DNA of 64,000 nucleotides. Source: Candidatus Omnitrophota bacterium (GTDB lineage Bacteria > Omnitrophota > Gorgyraeia > Gygaellales > Profunditerraquicolaceae). This document shows, piece by piece, positions 1-8,185 of this stretch. The notes below the pieces were generated by a model. It had not been told where the DNA came from, did no database searches, and was given only the letters and a program-made list of their open reading frames with translations. Numbering within the stretch: position 1 is the first letter of the stretch; each line of letters starts with the position of its first letter. The stretch is from contig JAGOOP010000004.1 of the NCBI GenBank assembly GCA_017992455.1, positions 24,567 to 88,566 on the forward strand, written 5' to 3'. Both the position numbers and the translations under genes were made by a program.

Positions 1-798
1 CGCGTGAACGCGCTGTTTCGCATCGAGCCAGTCTACGGCATGGCCGCTTGCCGAGAATACCAGCGGCCCTGAAATCCCGAAATGGGTGAACACCAGTTCA
101 CCGATATCCGAAGTAAAAGAATCCCGTTCGCCGCTCAGCTCCAGACGGACGTTTTTAAGCGTTAATCCCTGCGGGAAAATAAAATCTTTTTTCAGAACGA
201 GCGGCACCAGGCCGGGGCGCAGCGCGCAGATCCGGTGGCCGAACTTCTGTGCGATCCTGATCCCGTCGCCGGTAGAGCCGGTGAACGCGTATGAGACGCC
301 GCCGGTGGCGAGGATGACGCTGCGGGCCGCACGCGTGCTCTTATCAGGAAGCATGACCGCCGCAACCGCATTATCCCTGACGACAATGCCTCTGACCTGC
401 GTATTATAGAGCGTTTCGATCTTTTGCTGGATCAGTTCCCGCACGAGCGCGTCGCGGATGACCGTTGACCGGTCGAGGAACGGGAAAACGCGGTTCTGGC
501 GCTCGACCTTGAGCCGGACGCCGCGCTCCTCAAAGAACCGCATGAGGTCCTGATTGAAAAATTTCTTGAATGCGTCCCTTAAGAACGGGCCGTTGGAAAA
601 ATGCGGAAGGAATTCTTCAAGCGGGCAGGCATTGGTAAGGTTGCATCTGCCCTTGCCGCTCAACAGGATCTTGTGGCCGGCTGCGGGATTCTTTTCGATG
701 AGCGTAACCTGCCGGTGAAGCTGGGTGGCGCGAATCGCGGCCATCATGCCGGCAGGGCCCGCGCCTATCACGATGATCTGTCCGGACCGTTGCTCCAC
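1..798 (-). CDS. FAD/NAD(P)-binding flavoprotein, HI0933/YhiN (BaiN-like) family; partial, C-terminus beyond left window edge
   Basis: Own reverse-strand translation (absent from ORF track, no in-window stop): GTG at 798, VEQRSGQIIVIGAGPAGMMAAIRA (GxGxxG), KILLSGKGRCNLTN, ATGGVSYAFTGSTGDGIRIAQKFGH; frame open to base 1. Confidence 0.75.
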   Translation of the reverse strand, partial: MEQRSGQIIVIGAGPAGMMAAIRATQLHRQVTLIEKNPAAGHKILLSGKGRCNLTNACPLEEFLPHFSNGPFLRDAFKKFFNQDLMRFFEERGVRLKVERQNRVFPFLDRSTVIRDALVRELIQQKIETLYNTQVRGIVVRDNAVAAVMLPDKSTRAARSVILATGGVSYAFTGSTGDGIRIAQKFGHRICALRPGLVPLVLKKDFIFPQGLTLKNVRLELSGERDSFTSDIGELVFTHFGISGPLVFSASGHAVDWLDAKQRVHA

Positions 799-800
799 CG

Positions 801-1361
801 CTATACCCCGAGGTCGGCGATAGTGAAGATCGGCGAGAGCGCGATACCGGCAGCGGCGCAATTCTCGCGAGCGCCTTCGCAGCGGTCAACGATCACGATG
901 GCGCGCTCCACGCGGACCTGCATGGCGTCGAGCACCGCCTTTGCCTCGATGAGGGATGTGCCGGACGTCGCCACGTCGTCGACAAGGATCACCCGCATGC
1001 CTGCCGCAAGCGCGGGGCCTTCGACCTGCCGCTGTGTGCCGTGGCCTTTGGCGGCCTTGCGCACGATGAACGTTTTGATCGGCACTTTGCGGATGTGCGC
1101 CAGCGCCGCGACCGCGCCGACGATCGGGTCTGCGCCGAGCGTGGGGCCGCCGAATGCGTCGATCTTTTCATCCTGTATCATATCAAGGATGATCGAGCCG
1201 GCCAGATACGCGCCTTCGGGCAGCATGGTGATGATCCTGCCGTCAAGGTAAAAACTGCTCTCCTTGCCCGAGGACAGGATAAATGTGCCTTTCTTGAGCG
1301 CCTCTTTTTTCAAGAGAGCGAGCAGTTCAGACTTTAATCGTGCCGTTTCAGGTCTATCCAT
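801..1361 (-). CDS. pyrE: orotate phosphoribosyltransferase
   Basis: ORF 801..1412; PRPP loop VILVDDVATSGTS; trimmed to ATG 1361 (MDRPETARLKSELLALL) because a consensus promoter lies at 1371-1399 inside the longer ORF. Confidence 0.85.
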   Translation of the reverse strand: MDRPETARLKSELLALLKKEALKKGTFILSSGKESSFYLDGRIITMLPEGAYLAGSIILDMIQDEKIDAFGGPTLGADPIVGAVAALAHIRKVPIKTFIVRKAAKGHGTQRQVEGPALAAGMRVILVDDVATSGTSLIEAKAVLDAMQVRVERAIVIVDRCEGARENCAAAGIALSPIFTIADLGV

Positions 1362-1370
1362 AGCATCATT

Positions 1371-1399
1371 ATTGTACCCTCGGACACCCCCCCTGTCAA
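1371..1399 (-). promoter_or_regulatory. sigma70-type promoter for pyrE (TTGACA-17-TACAAT)
   Basis: Reverse strand: TTGACA (1399-1394) gggggggtgtccgaggg TACAAT (1376-1371); only 9 nt from -10 to ATG 1361, so leaderless or very short leader. Confidence 0.5.
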
Positions 1400-1417
1400 G
1401 CGCCCAGCGCACCGGAA

Positions 1418-1529
1418 GTGCTAAAAACGGGGTCAGAATTATTTAAATAGAAAACATGGGGACGGTTCTCTTCGAGAACCGTCCCCATGTTTTCCTAAAA
1501 ATAAATAATTCTGACCCCGTTTTTAGCAC
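1418..1529. repeat. composite palindromic repeat: family-1 arms (28 bp perfect, 1418-1445 / 1502-1529) enclosing a family-2 hairpin (1451-1470 / 1474-1493)
   Basis: GTGCTAAAAACGGGGTCAGAATTATTTA ... TAAATAATTCTGACCCCGTTTTTAGCAC; inner AAAACATGGGGACGGTTCTC ttc GAGAACCGTCCCCATGTTTT; arm recurs at 4622, 48667, 58413, 63973. Confidence 0.9.
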
Positions 1530-1538
1530 GCATTTGTT

Positions 1539-1567
1539 TTGACAAGCTGCGTTTTCATTGATATTAT
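1539..1567 (+). promoter_or_regulatory. sigma70-type promoter for comF-lptFG (TTGACA-17-TATTAT)
   Basis: TTGACA 1539-1544, 17-nt spacer, TATTAT 1562-1567. Confidence 0.5.
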
Positions 1568-1617
1568 AGTAACAATCGATGAGCAAAATCCATCGTTCAA
1601 ACGTGTGGGAGGCGCGT

Positions 1618-2400
1618 ATGCAGGGCCTGACGGCGCGGCAGTCTTCTCGAACGCGGATCGCATCTGCAAAACCGGTTTTGCAGAACTTCATCCGCAGTTT
1701 TGTGGACCTCGTGTATCCGCCGGCATGCCCCGTGTGCAAACAGCCGCTCCCCCGCGTTGCCATGGATACCATGGTATGCCTGTCCTGCTGGTCGCAGATC
1801 GCGTTGAACGAGCCGCCGTTCTGCCATGGATGCGGCAGGCAGATGAGCCGCAGGGACACCGCAAAGAACGTGTGCTCGCGGTGCATGCGCGAGCCCCGCG
1901 CGTACGACCGCGCATACTCGGTATGCGTGTACGACGGCGCGGTCAAAACGCTCATCCACGAGTTTAAATACAACGACAAACAGTATCTGGGCAGGCCGCT
2001 TTCGCGGCTGTTGATCGATTTCATAAAGAAATACGACGTGCCCGTCGGATATATGGATTACCTGATCCCGGTGCCCCTGCACGGCGCCAAATTGCGCGAG
2101 CGCGAGTTCAACCAGGCGCAGATACTCTGCGCGGAGGTCGCGCGTGCCTTCGATAAGCCGGTGCTCGAGGGAAACCTCTTCCGGTACCGTGCAACCGATA
2201 CGCAGGCGACGCTCGAGCCGCACCAGCGGTTCCTGAACGTCAAAGGGTGCTTCGGGGTGACCGAAAAACAATCCGTCACAGGCCGGAATTTCCTCCTCAT
2301 CGACGACGTTCTCACCACGGGTGCGACCGCGTCAGAAGCGGCCGGTGCATTAAAGGATGCGGGCGCGAACATCGTGTTCGCCTTAACGCTCGCAAGTTGA
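1618..2400 (+). CDS. comF: ComF-family phosphoribosyltransferase-like protein
   Basis: ORF 1579..2400; four N-terminal CxxC pairs (CPVC, CLSC, CHGC, CSRC) and PRTase loop FLLIDDVLTTGATASEA; ATG 1618 preferred (GGGAGG 5 nt upstream). Confidence 0.8.
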   Translation: MQGLTARQSSRTRIASAKPVLQNFIRSFVDLVYPPACPVCKQPLPRVAMDTMVCLSCWSQIALNEPPFCHGCGRQMSRRDTAKNVCSRCMREPRAYDRAYSVCVYDGAVKTLIHEFKYNDKQYLGRPLSRLLIDFIKKYDVPVGYMDYLIPVPLHGAKLREREFNQAQILCAEVARAFDKPVLEGNLFRYRATDTQATLEPHQRFLNVKGCFGVTEKQSVTGRNFLLIDDVLTTGATASEAAGALKDAGANIVFALTLAS

Positions 2401-2428
2401 TCCACAGGCCTGCACGCAGTAAACAAAC

Positions 2429-3526
2429 ATGAAGATCCTCAGAAATTATGTCATAAAAGAATTCCTCGGTCCGCTCATCGGGTCGCTTCTGGTCCTGACC
2501 TTTGTCATGATCCTGGGCAACCTCGTCAAGATCGCGGACCTCGTCATCAATAAAGGCGTCGATATACTGAGCGTCGTAAAACTTTTCCTGTTCATGATGC
2601 CGGCGCTCCTGACCTATACGGTCCCCATTGCGACGCTCGTCGCGGTGTTATTATCACTCGGCCGGCTTTCGGGCGACAACGAGATCGTGACCATGCGCGC
2701 AAGCGGCATCAACCTCGCTCATATCGTGATGCCGCTTCTGGTGATCGGGGCCGTCATGAGCCTGGTCCTCTTGATCTTCAACGACCGCATCGTGCCGTAC
2801 GCCCACTTTGCCCAGCGCAAGACCCTGGTGGACGTCGGGACCAAAAACCCCGCTGCGGCCCTGGAACCGGGCATATTCATCAACACGTTCGACAAATATA
2901 TCCTTTTCATCTACGCGATCGACGGCAACAGGCTCCAGAACGTCCGGATCTACGAGCCGCAGGGCGAGGACAAACCGACGCGGCTCATCATAGCGCGCCG
3001 GGGCGAGTTCATATCGGTCCCGGAGAGCAACATCGTCAAGCTCAAGCTCATGGACGGCACCGCCGATGAACCCGATCCCGATAATCCGAGCAATTTCTAT
3101 AAATTGAACTTCAAGACCTATTTCATGTCGCTGAACATCGCGCGCGCGCAATCAAAAGAGAATATCCTCAAAAAACCGAAAGATATGACCATCCGGGAGC
3201 TTGAAGCCGAGATGCGCGCTCTCCGGGCCCAGAAAATAGACCCGAGCCCGCTCGCCACCGAGGTCCATAAGAAGATATCGCTGGCGTTCTCGTGCCTGGT
3301 CTTCATACTCCTGGGCATGCCCATGGCGGTCATCACGCACCGGAGGGAAAAATCGATCAATTTCGGCATCGCATTCCTGATCGTGGGCGTGTATTATCTG
3401 CTCCTCCTGGGCTCGGAGGCGTTGAGCAGGCAGGGGTATCTCGACCCGCAGTTCGCCCTCTGGATACCGAACACGCTGTTCGGCCTGGCCGGCGGGATCC
3501 TCACCTATAAATTATGCGCATATTAG
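2429..3526 (+). CDS. lptF: LPS export ABC permease, LptF/LptG (YjgP/YjgQ) family
   Basis: 365 aa; hydrophobic N- and C-terminal blocks flanking a soluble central domain; MKILRNYVIKEFLGPL start typical of family; tandem with paralogue. Confidence 0.75.
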   Translation: MKILRNYVIKEFLGPLIGSLLVLTFVMILGNLVKIADLVINKGVDILSVVKLFLFMMPALLTYTVPIATLVAVLLSLGRLSGDNEIVTMRASGINLAHIVMPLLVIGAVMSLVLLIFNDRIVPYAHFAQRKTLVDVGTKNPAAALEPGIFINTFDKYILFIYAIDGNRLQNVRIYEPQGEDKPTRLIIARRGEFISVPESNIVKLKLMDGTADEPDPDNPSNFYKLNFKTYFMSLNIARAQSKENILKKPKDMTIRELEAEMRALRAQKIDPSPLATEVHKKISLAFSCLVFILLGMPMAVITHRREKSINFGIAFLIVGVYYLLLLGSEALSRQGYLDPQFALWIPNTLFGLAGGILTYKLCAY

Positions 3527-4620
3527 AGCGGTATATCCTCGGGTCGGTCTTTGTCATATTCTTCAGCTGCGCATTCACGTTCTTCTTCCTCTATATCATC
3601 ATCGACCTGTTCTCGCATCTTGACATGATCCTGAAGCAGGCGGTTTCCTGGGACGTCCTGCAACGTTATTATGCATCCTACCTGCCGATCATCTTCACCC
3701 AGGTCGCGCCCATCTCCTGCCTGCTTGCGAGCCTCTATACCTTTGCGCGCATGAACAAGGAGAACGAGATCATCGCCATGCGGTCGTCAGGATTGAGCAT
3801 CCTGCGGATAACGCGCGTGGTCATTGTATTCGGCATGATCGTGACCGGGGCCGTCTTCTGGGTCAACGACAGGATGGTGCCCCATGCGATGCTCGTCAGC
3901 AAGAAGATGCAGGAACAGATGGAAAGCGACACCGGAAAATCGCACAGCGATAAAAAAGGCCCGGACGTCATCATGGACTTCACCGTCTACGGCCTTCATA
4001 ACCGGCTTTTTTACATCAACAAGTTCTATCCGGCGGACAAAAAAATGATCGGCGTAACGGTGCTCGAGCATAACGAGAACCAGGACCTGCTCAGAAAGAC
4101 CGTTGCCTCTGCGGGGGAATATAAGGACGGGGTCTGGCACTTTTACCAAACGATCACCGACACATATGACGCCGACGGCAGGTCGATCGACGAGCATGTG
4201 TACAAGGAATTGGAAAGAATGCCGATCACCGAGACCCCGGAGGATTTTCTGGACCAGCGCCAGCATCCGGATTTCATGAACATCGCGCAACTGAAAGAAT
4301 ACATCTGGCGGCTTTCCAAAAGCGGCGCCACGACGGTCATCCGCAGCCTTCACATCGACCTGTACCAGCGCTATACGGCTCCGTTCACGAGCCTCATGAT
4401 CATCCTGCTGTCCATACCGTTCTCGCTGAAGATGAAAAAAAGAGCGACGGGGTTTTCGTCGCTCGGCCTGGCGCTTGTCGTCGGTTTCCTGTATTATATC
4501 TTGAATGCGGTCTCTATCGCCCTGGGCAAAGCCGGTATCCTGTTCCCGCTGTTGAGCGCTTCCCTCACCCACCTGACCGCGCTGTTCTACAGCCTCTACC
4601 TGATCAAAAAACTCCCGTAA
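3514..4620 (+). CDS. lptG: LPS export ABC permease, LptF/LptG family (second paralogue)
   Basis: 368 aa; MRILERYILGSVF start, same architecture; overlaps upstream paralogue by 13 nt. Confidence 0.75.
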   Translation: MRILERYILGSVFVIFFSCAFTFFFLYIIIDLFSHLDMILKQAVSWDVLQRYYASYLPIIFTQVAPISCLLASLYTFARMNKENEIIAMRSSGLSILRITRVVIVFGMIVTGAVFWVNDRMVPHAMLVSKKMQEQMESDTGKSHSDKKGPDVIMDFTVYGLHNRLFYINKFYPADKKMIGVTVLEHNENQDLLRKTVASAGEYKDGVWHFYQTITDTYDADGRSIDEHVYKELERMPITETPEDFLDQRQHPDFMNIAQLKEYIWRLSKSGATTVIRSLHIDLYQRYTAPFTSLMIILLSIPFSLKMKKRATGFSSLGLALVVGFLYYILNAVSIALGKAGILFPLLSASLTHLTALFYSLYLIKKLP

Positions 4621-4621
4621 G

Positions 4622-4708
4622 AAAGGCTAAAAACGGGGTCAGAATTATTTATTTGTCCGCTGCGTGTATCGCCGCAAATAAATAATTCTGACCCCGTTTT
4701 TAGCCTTT
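4622..4708. repeat. family-1 palindromic repeat, complete copy (34-bp perfect arms, 19-nt loop); likely bidirectional terminator
   Basis: AAAGGCTAAAAACGGGGTCAGAATTATTTATTTG (4622-4655) / exact reverse complement 4675-4708; fills the whole convergent gap between lptG stop (4620) and alr stop (4711). Confidence 0.9.
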
Positions 4709-4710
4709 TA

Positions 4711-6120
4711 TTATTTGAGGAATTTGATGCCGCAGGCGTACATGCCGTTGTCCGCGGGACGCGTCCAGACCGCGGTACCCCTGACGCGCACGGGATCGCG
4801 GCCGCGTTTTTCCAGGCTCATCTGATAGGTCCGGTACGGCAGGACCGGGTCGGGCGTATAGAGCTTCATCCCGGCCGCGCTGATATCGCCGGTTACGCCC
4901 GCCGTATCTGCCAGCGACGGGGTATCGAGGAACCGCACCGGAATGGCCTCGGGACTGCGCTCAGAACGACGTTTTTCGGCAGGGGGCGCGGCTTTTTTGC
5001 GATACACGCGCGGCACCCTGCTGTTGATGCCGCAGACGATCTCATACGGTATCGTGCCCGACAATGAAGCGAGGGATTCGGCGCTGATGCGCCGTTTTTT
5101 TTGCGTACCGATCAGAACCGCTTCATCGCCCGGCCGGACCAAAGCATCCCCCACATCGACCATGACCTGGTCCATGCACACCCTGCCTGCGATCGTGAAT
5201 CGCCGCCCGTTGATCAATACCGGCCCGGTGTTGGACAAACTGCGGGGATATCCGTCCCCGTACCCGACCGGCAGCGTCGCGATCCGCGTCGCACGCCGCG
5301 TCACATAGGTATGCCCGTAACTGACGCCGGTGCCTGCGCGGACATCTTTGACGTATACGACGCGCGTTTTTAAAGACATCACCGGGCGGATGTCTGCCGG
5401 AAGGCCTTTGACAGGGCGCAGGCCGTACAGGATCAATCCGGGCCTGACCATGGTAAAATGGCTGTCCGGATACGAAATAATGCCCATACTGTTGGCCGCA
5501 TGGACGAGCGGAATGGAGATCGAGGCCTTTCGCAGGCGGCCGACGAGCCGGCCGAACAAACGGATCTGCCTGCGCGTGAGCACGTCGTCTGAGTCGGCGC
5601 AGGCCAGATGAGTGAATATCCCTTCGATGCGGATATTCGGCAGTGCAGAGATCCGCCTGACCGGACCGAACGCCTGGTCGTGCATGATGCCGATGCGCCC
5701 CATACCCGTGTCTACCTTGATATGGATATCAACGCCCTGGCCGCGAAGACATGCCTGGCGGGAGAGCGCTTTTGCGAAAGCGAACGAACACACGGTCGGC
5801 GTAATGCGATGATCGAGCAGCGCAGGTATATCCTCTTCGCGGACAAGGCCCAGGACAAGGATCCTTCTGTCGATACCTGCCCGGCGCAGACGGACCGCCT
5901 CGTCGACGGACGCGACCGCAAGGAAATCAGCGCCCGCATCGGCCAGCTCTTGGGAAACAGGGATGAGCCCGTGGCCGTAGGCCTCTGCCTTGACGCAGGC
6001 CATGACCTTGACCCCTTTTTTGATCCGCGCCCTGACCGCGCGGAGATTATGGGAAAGATTGTCGAGATCTATCTCTGCCCACGTCTGGCGGTACCCTCGA
6101 ATATCATGCTGATCCGTCAT
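4711..6120 (-). CDS. alr: alanine racemase fused to a C-terminal PilZ (c-di-GMP-binding type) domain
   Basis: ORF 4711..6165. PLP-lysine motif ACVKAEAYGHG and GVSYGHTY. C-terminal ~87 aa (about 4714-4974) carries RRSER (RxxxR) and DISAAG (DxSxxG). ATG 6120 forms an ATGA overlap with the tsaB stop. Confidence 0.85.
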   Translation of the reverse strand: MTDQHDIRGYRQTWAEIDLDNLSHNLRAVRARIKKGVKVMACVKAEAYGHGLIPVSQELADAGADFLAVASVDEAVRLRRAGIDRRILVLGLVREEDIPALLDHRITPTVCSFAFAKALSRQACLRGQGVDIHIKVDTGMGRIGIMHDQAFGPVRRISALPNIRIEGIFTHLACADSDDVLTRRQIRLFGRLVGRLRKASISIPLVHAANSMGIISYPDSHFTMVRPGLILYGLRPVKGLPADIRPVMSLKTRVVYVKDVRAGTGVSYGHTYVTRRATRIATLPVGYGDGYPRSLSNTGPVLINGRRFTIAGRVCMDQVMVDVGDALVRPGDEAVLIGTQKKRRISAESLASLSGTIPYEIVCGINSRVPRVYRKKAAPPAEKRRSERSPEAIPVRFLDTPSLADTAGVTGDISAAGMKLYTPDPVLPYRTYQMSLEKRGRDPVRVRGTAVWTRPADNGMYACGIKFLK

Positions 6121-6842
6121 TTCTTCCCTCGATCGCGTGTCGCGCGGCGGTTTCGCACCTGGCACTCCTGCGGATGAAGATATTCAGGCCCTATCCTGAA
6201 AGGATGCGCGGTTTTGTGAGCCTGTATCAGGCGCATCCCCAGGGCAATGAGCGGCTGCGGATGCGGATGCCAGAGCTCTTTATCGATGATGACAGCGCCG
6301 GGAAACGCCGCCCTGATGCGGGACGAACAGATCTCGGATCCGTCACCGCCTATAACGATCTTTTTTGACGCGCGGGACGCGCGCGTCCGGCCCAGGCGCC
6401 TGATAAACGCGTCGTAACCCAGAAGCTCGTCCGCCCCAACCCTGCGGACACAGCCCGCAGTTTTAGAAAACCACCCGCAATACAGCATGGCGCGGCGGGC
6501 GTCGATAACGGGAACAATGAGGCCGTCCGGGATCGCCGGATGGGACGCGATCGCCTCAAGGGTGGAAACCCCGGCGATCTTCCGCGCGTTGGCCCATGCC
6601 ATTGCCTTGACCGCGGCATGGCCGATGCGAAGCGCAGTGAACGATCCGGGGCCGAGCCCCAGAACATAATGCTCGATATCGCGCGGCTGCATCCCTGCCG
6701 CGCACAGCGCGCGCCCGATCGTCGGCACCAGTACGCGGGACAACGCGATCCCCGTATCCAGGACGTATTCGAACATGCGTTCGCCGTTGACGATGCCCAG
6801 ACAGAGGTATTTGCTCGAAGTGTCAAGCGCGAGTATCTTCAT
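6117..6842 (-). CDS. tsaB: tRNA t6A37 threonylcarbamoyltransferase complex dimerisation subunit TsaB
   Basis: MKILALDTSSKYLCLGIV N-terminus, ASKHA fold pattern; next to tsaE. Confidence 0.8.
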   Translation of the reverse strand: MKILALDTSSKYLCLGIVNGERMFEYVLDTGIALSRVLVPTIGRALCAAGMQPRDIEHYVLGLGPGSFTALRIGHAAVKAMAWANARKIAGVSTLEAIASHPAIPDGLIVPVIDARRAMLYCGWFSKTAGCVRRVGADELLGYDAFIRRLGRTRASRASKKIVIGGDGSEICSSRIRAAFPGAVIIDKELWHPHPQPLIALGMRLIQAHKTAHPFRIGPEYLHPQECQVRNRRATRDRGKK

Positions 6843-7290
6843 CGATCCTCTTCAAAACTTCCTTATATGCCGCGCCGACCGCGGTCACGCGGATCCTGCG
6901 CGTATTCCTGCCGGCCGGGCGCATCTCGACTTTCAAATACGCATCGGGAATAAGCGTTCCCATCTTCCCTGCCCATTCGATGACCGCAACGCCGTTATCG
7001 AACATATATTCTTCATACCCCAGGTCCTCGATCTGTCCCGCGTCCTGGATGCGGTAAAGATCGAAATGATACATGGGCATGCGGCCTTCATACCGGTGCA
7101 TCAGGACGAACGTCGGGCTGGTGACGCAGGCGCGGTCTATGCCCAGCCCGTGCGCGATCCCTTTTGCAAGAACGGTCTTTCCCGAACCGAGGTCCCCGAA
7201 CAGGCAGACGATATCGCCCGGCCGCGCATGGCGCGCGATGCGCCTGCCGAACCGCAGCGTATCCCTGACTGAACCGGAAACGATATGCAT
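6823..7290 (-). CDS. tsaE: tRNA t6A37 ATPase subunit TsaE
   Basis: 155 aa, P-loop GDLGSGKT, YHFDLYR motif. Confidence 0.85.
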   Translation of the reverse strand: MHIVSGSVRDTLRFGRRIARHARPGDIVCLFGDLGSGKTVLAKGIAHGLGIDRACVTSPTFVLMHRYEGRMPMYHFDLYRIQDAGQIEDLGYEEYMFDNGVAVIEWAGKMGTLIPDAYLKVEMRPAGRNTRRIRVTAVGAAYKEVLKRIDEDTRA

Positions 7291-7291
7291 G

Positions 7292-8185
7292 TTAAAAATG
7301 CCGGTATCCCGCGCGCGAAAGGCCGCGCACCCGTCCGCGTTTATCCACGATCGTATAGCCGCGTCTGCGCGCCACGATCTCGCCGATAGGCTTGAACGCG
7401 GCCGAGCCTTTCATAAGGCGCGACGCCTGCCTGCGGTCGAGCGTAAATATCAATTCGAAATCCTCTCCGTCCTCGAGCGCCCCCGCAAGGCCCCGGGCAT
7501 CTTTGCTGACGGGGATCATTTCCTCATACAGCACGGCTCCGGCGCGGCTCGCGTCGAGTATATGCCCCAGGTCCTGGCTCAATCCGTCCGAGCAATCGAT
7601 CATCGCCGAAGGCTTGAAGCTCTTTGTCAGGAACGCCGCTTCTTCGAGCCGGGGCTCGAAACGCAGATGCCTGCCTTTGATGGAACCGCCGAACTCGCCG
7701 GTCGCAAAAACGATATCGCCCGGCCGGGCGCCGCTGCGCAGAACGAGTTTTTTCTTTTCGACCTCTCCGATCACGCTGACGTCTATGACCAGCCGGGGGG
7801 AAGCGCTGATATCCCCTCCAACCACGGACACGGCATATTGCCCGGCTAACCGCGCGAGCCCGCGGTACAGCGCTTCGACCTGCGCGACGCGCGAGCGCTT
7901 CGGCAGACCGATCGTCACCAGGCACCAGCGCGGAACGCCGCCGCACGAGGCGATATCAGAAAGGGATACCGCAAGGGATTTTCTGCCGACAAGGGCCGGA
8001 TCGTCCGATGACTTGAAATCAACGCCTTCGACGAGCATATCGCAGGTGTATAACAGGTACGCGCCCCGCGTATACGGCAGGACCGCGCAATCGTCGCCGA
8101 TGCCCTGTATGACCGACCGGTCGGCAGGCGCGATCCTGCGGATGCGTTCGATCAGGCCGAATTCTCCGATGTTGCTTACAAGCAT
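7292..8185 (-). CDS. thiL: thiamine-monophosphate kinase
   Basis: GEFGLIERI...GIGDDCAVL N-terminus, AIR-synthase-related fold. Confidence 0.8.
   Translation of the reverse strand: MLVSNIGEFGLIERIRRIAPADRSVIQGIGDDCAVLPYTRGAYLLYTCDMLVEGVDFKSSDDPALVGRKSLAVSLSDIASCGGVPRWCLVTIGLPKRSRVAQVEALYRGLARLAGQYAVSVVGGDISASPRLVIDVSVIGEVEKKKLVLRSGARPGDIVFATGEFGGSIKGRHLRFEPRLEEAAFLTKSFKPSAMIDCSDGLSQDLGHILDASRAGAVLYEEMIPVSKDARGLAGALEDGEDFELIFTLDRRQASRLMKGSAAFKPIGEIVARRRGYTIVDKRGRVRGLSRAGYRHF

Noticed and set aside
4622-4708. Could the recurring 34-nt sequence be a CRISPR repeat?
   Set aside because: Copies occur as inverted pairs forming hairpins. They are scattered over 60 kb in separate intergenic gaps, not as a direct-repeat array with regular spacers, and no cas genes are present.
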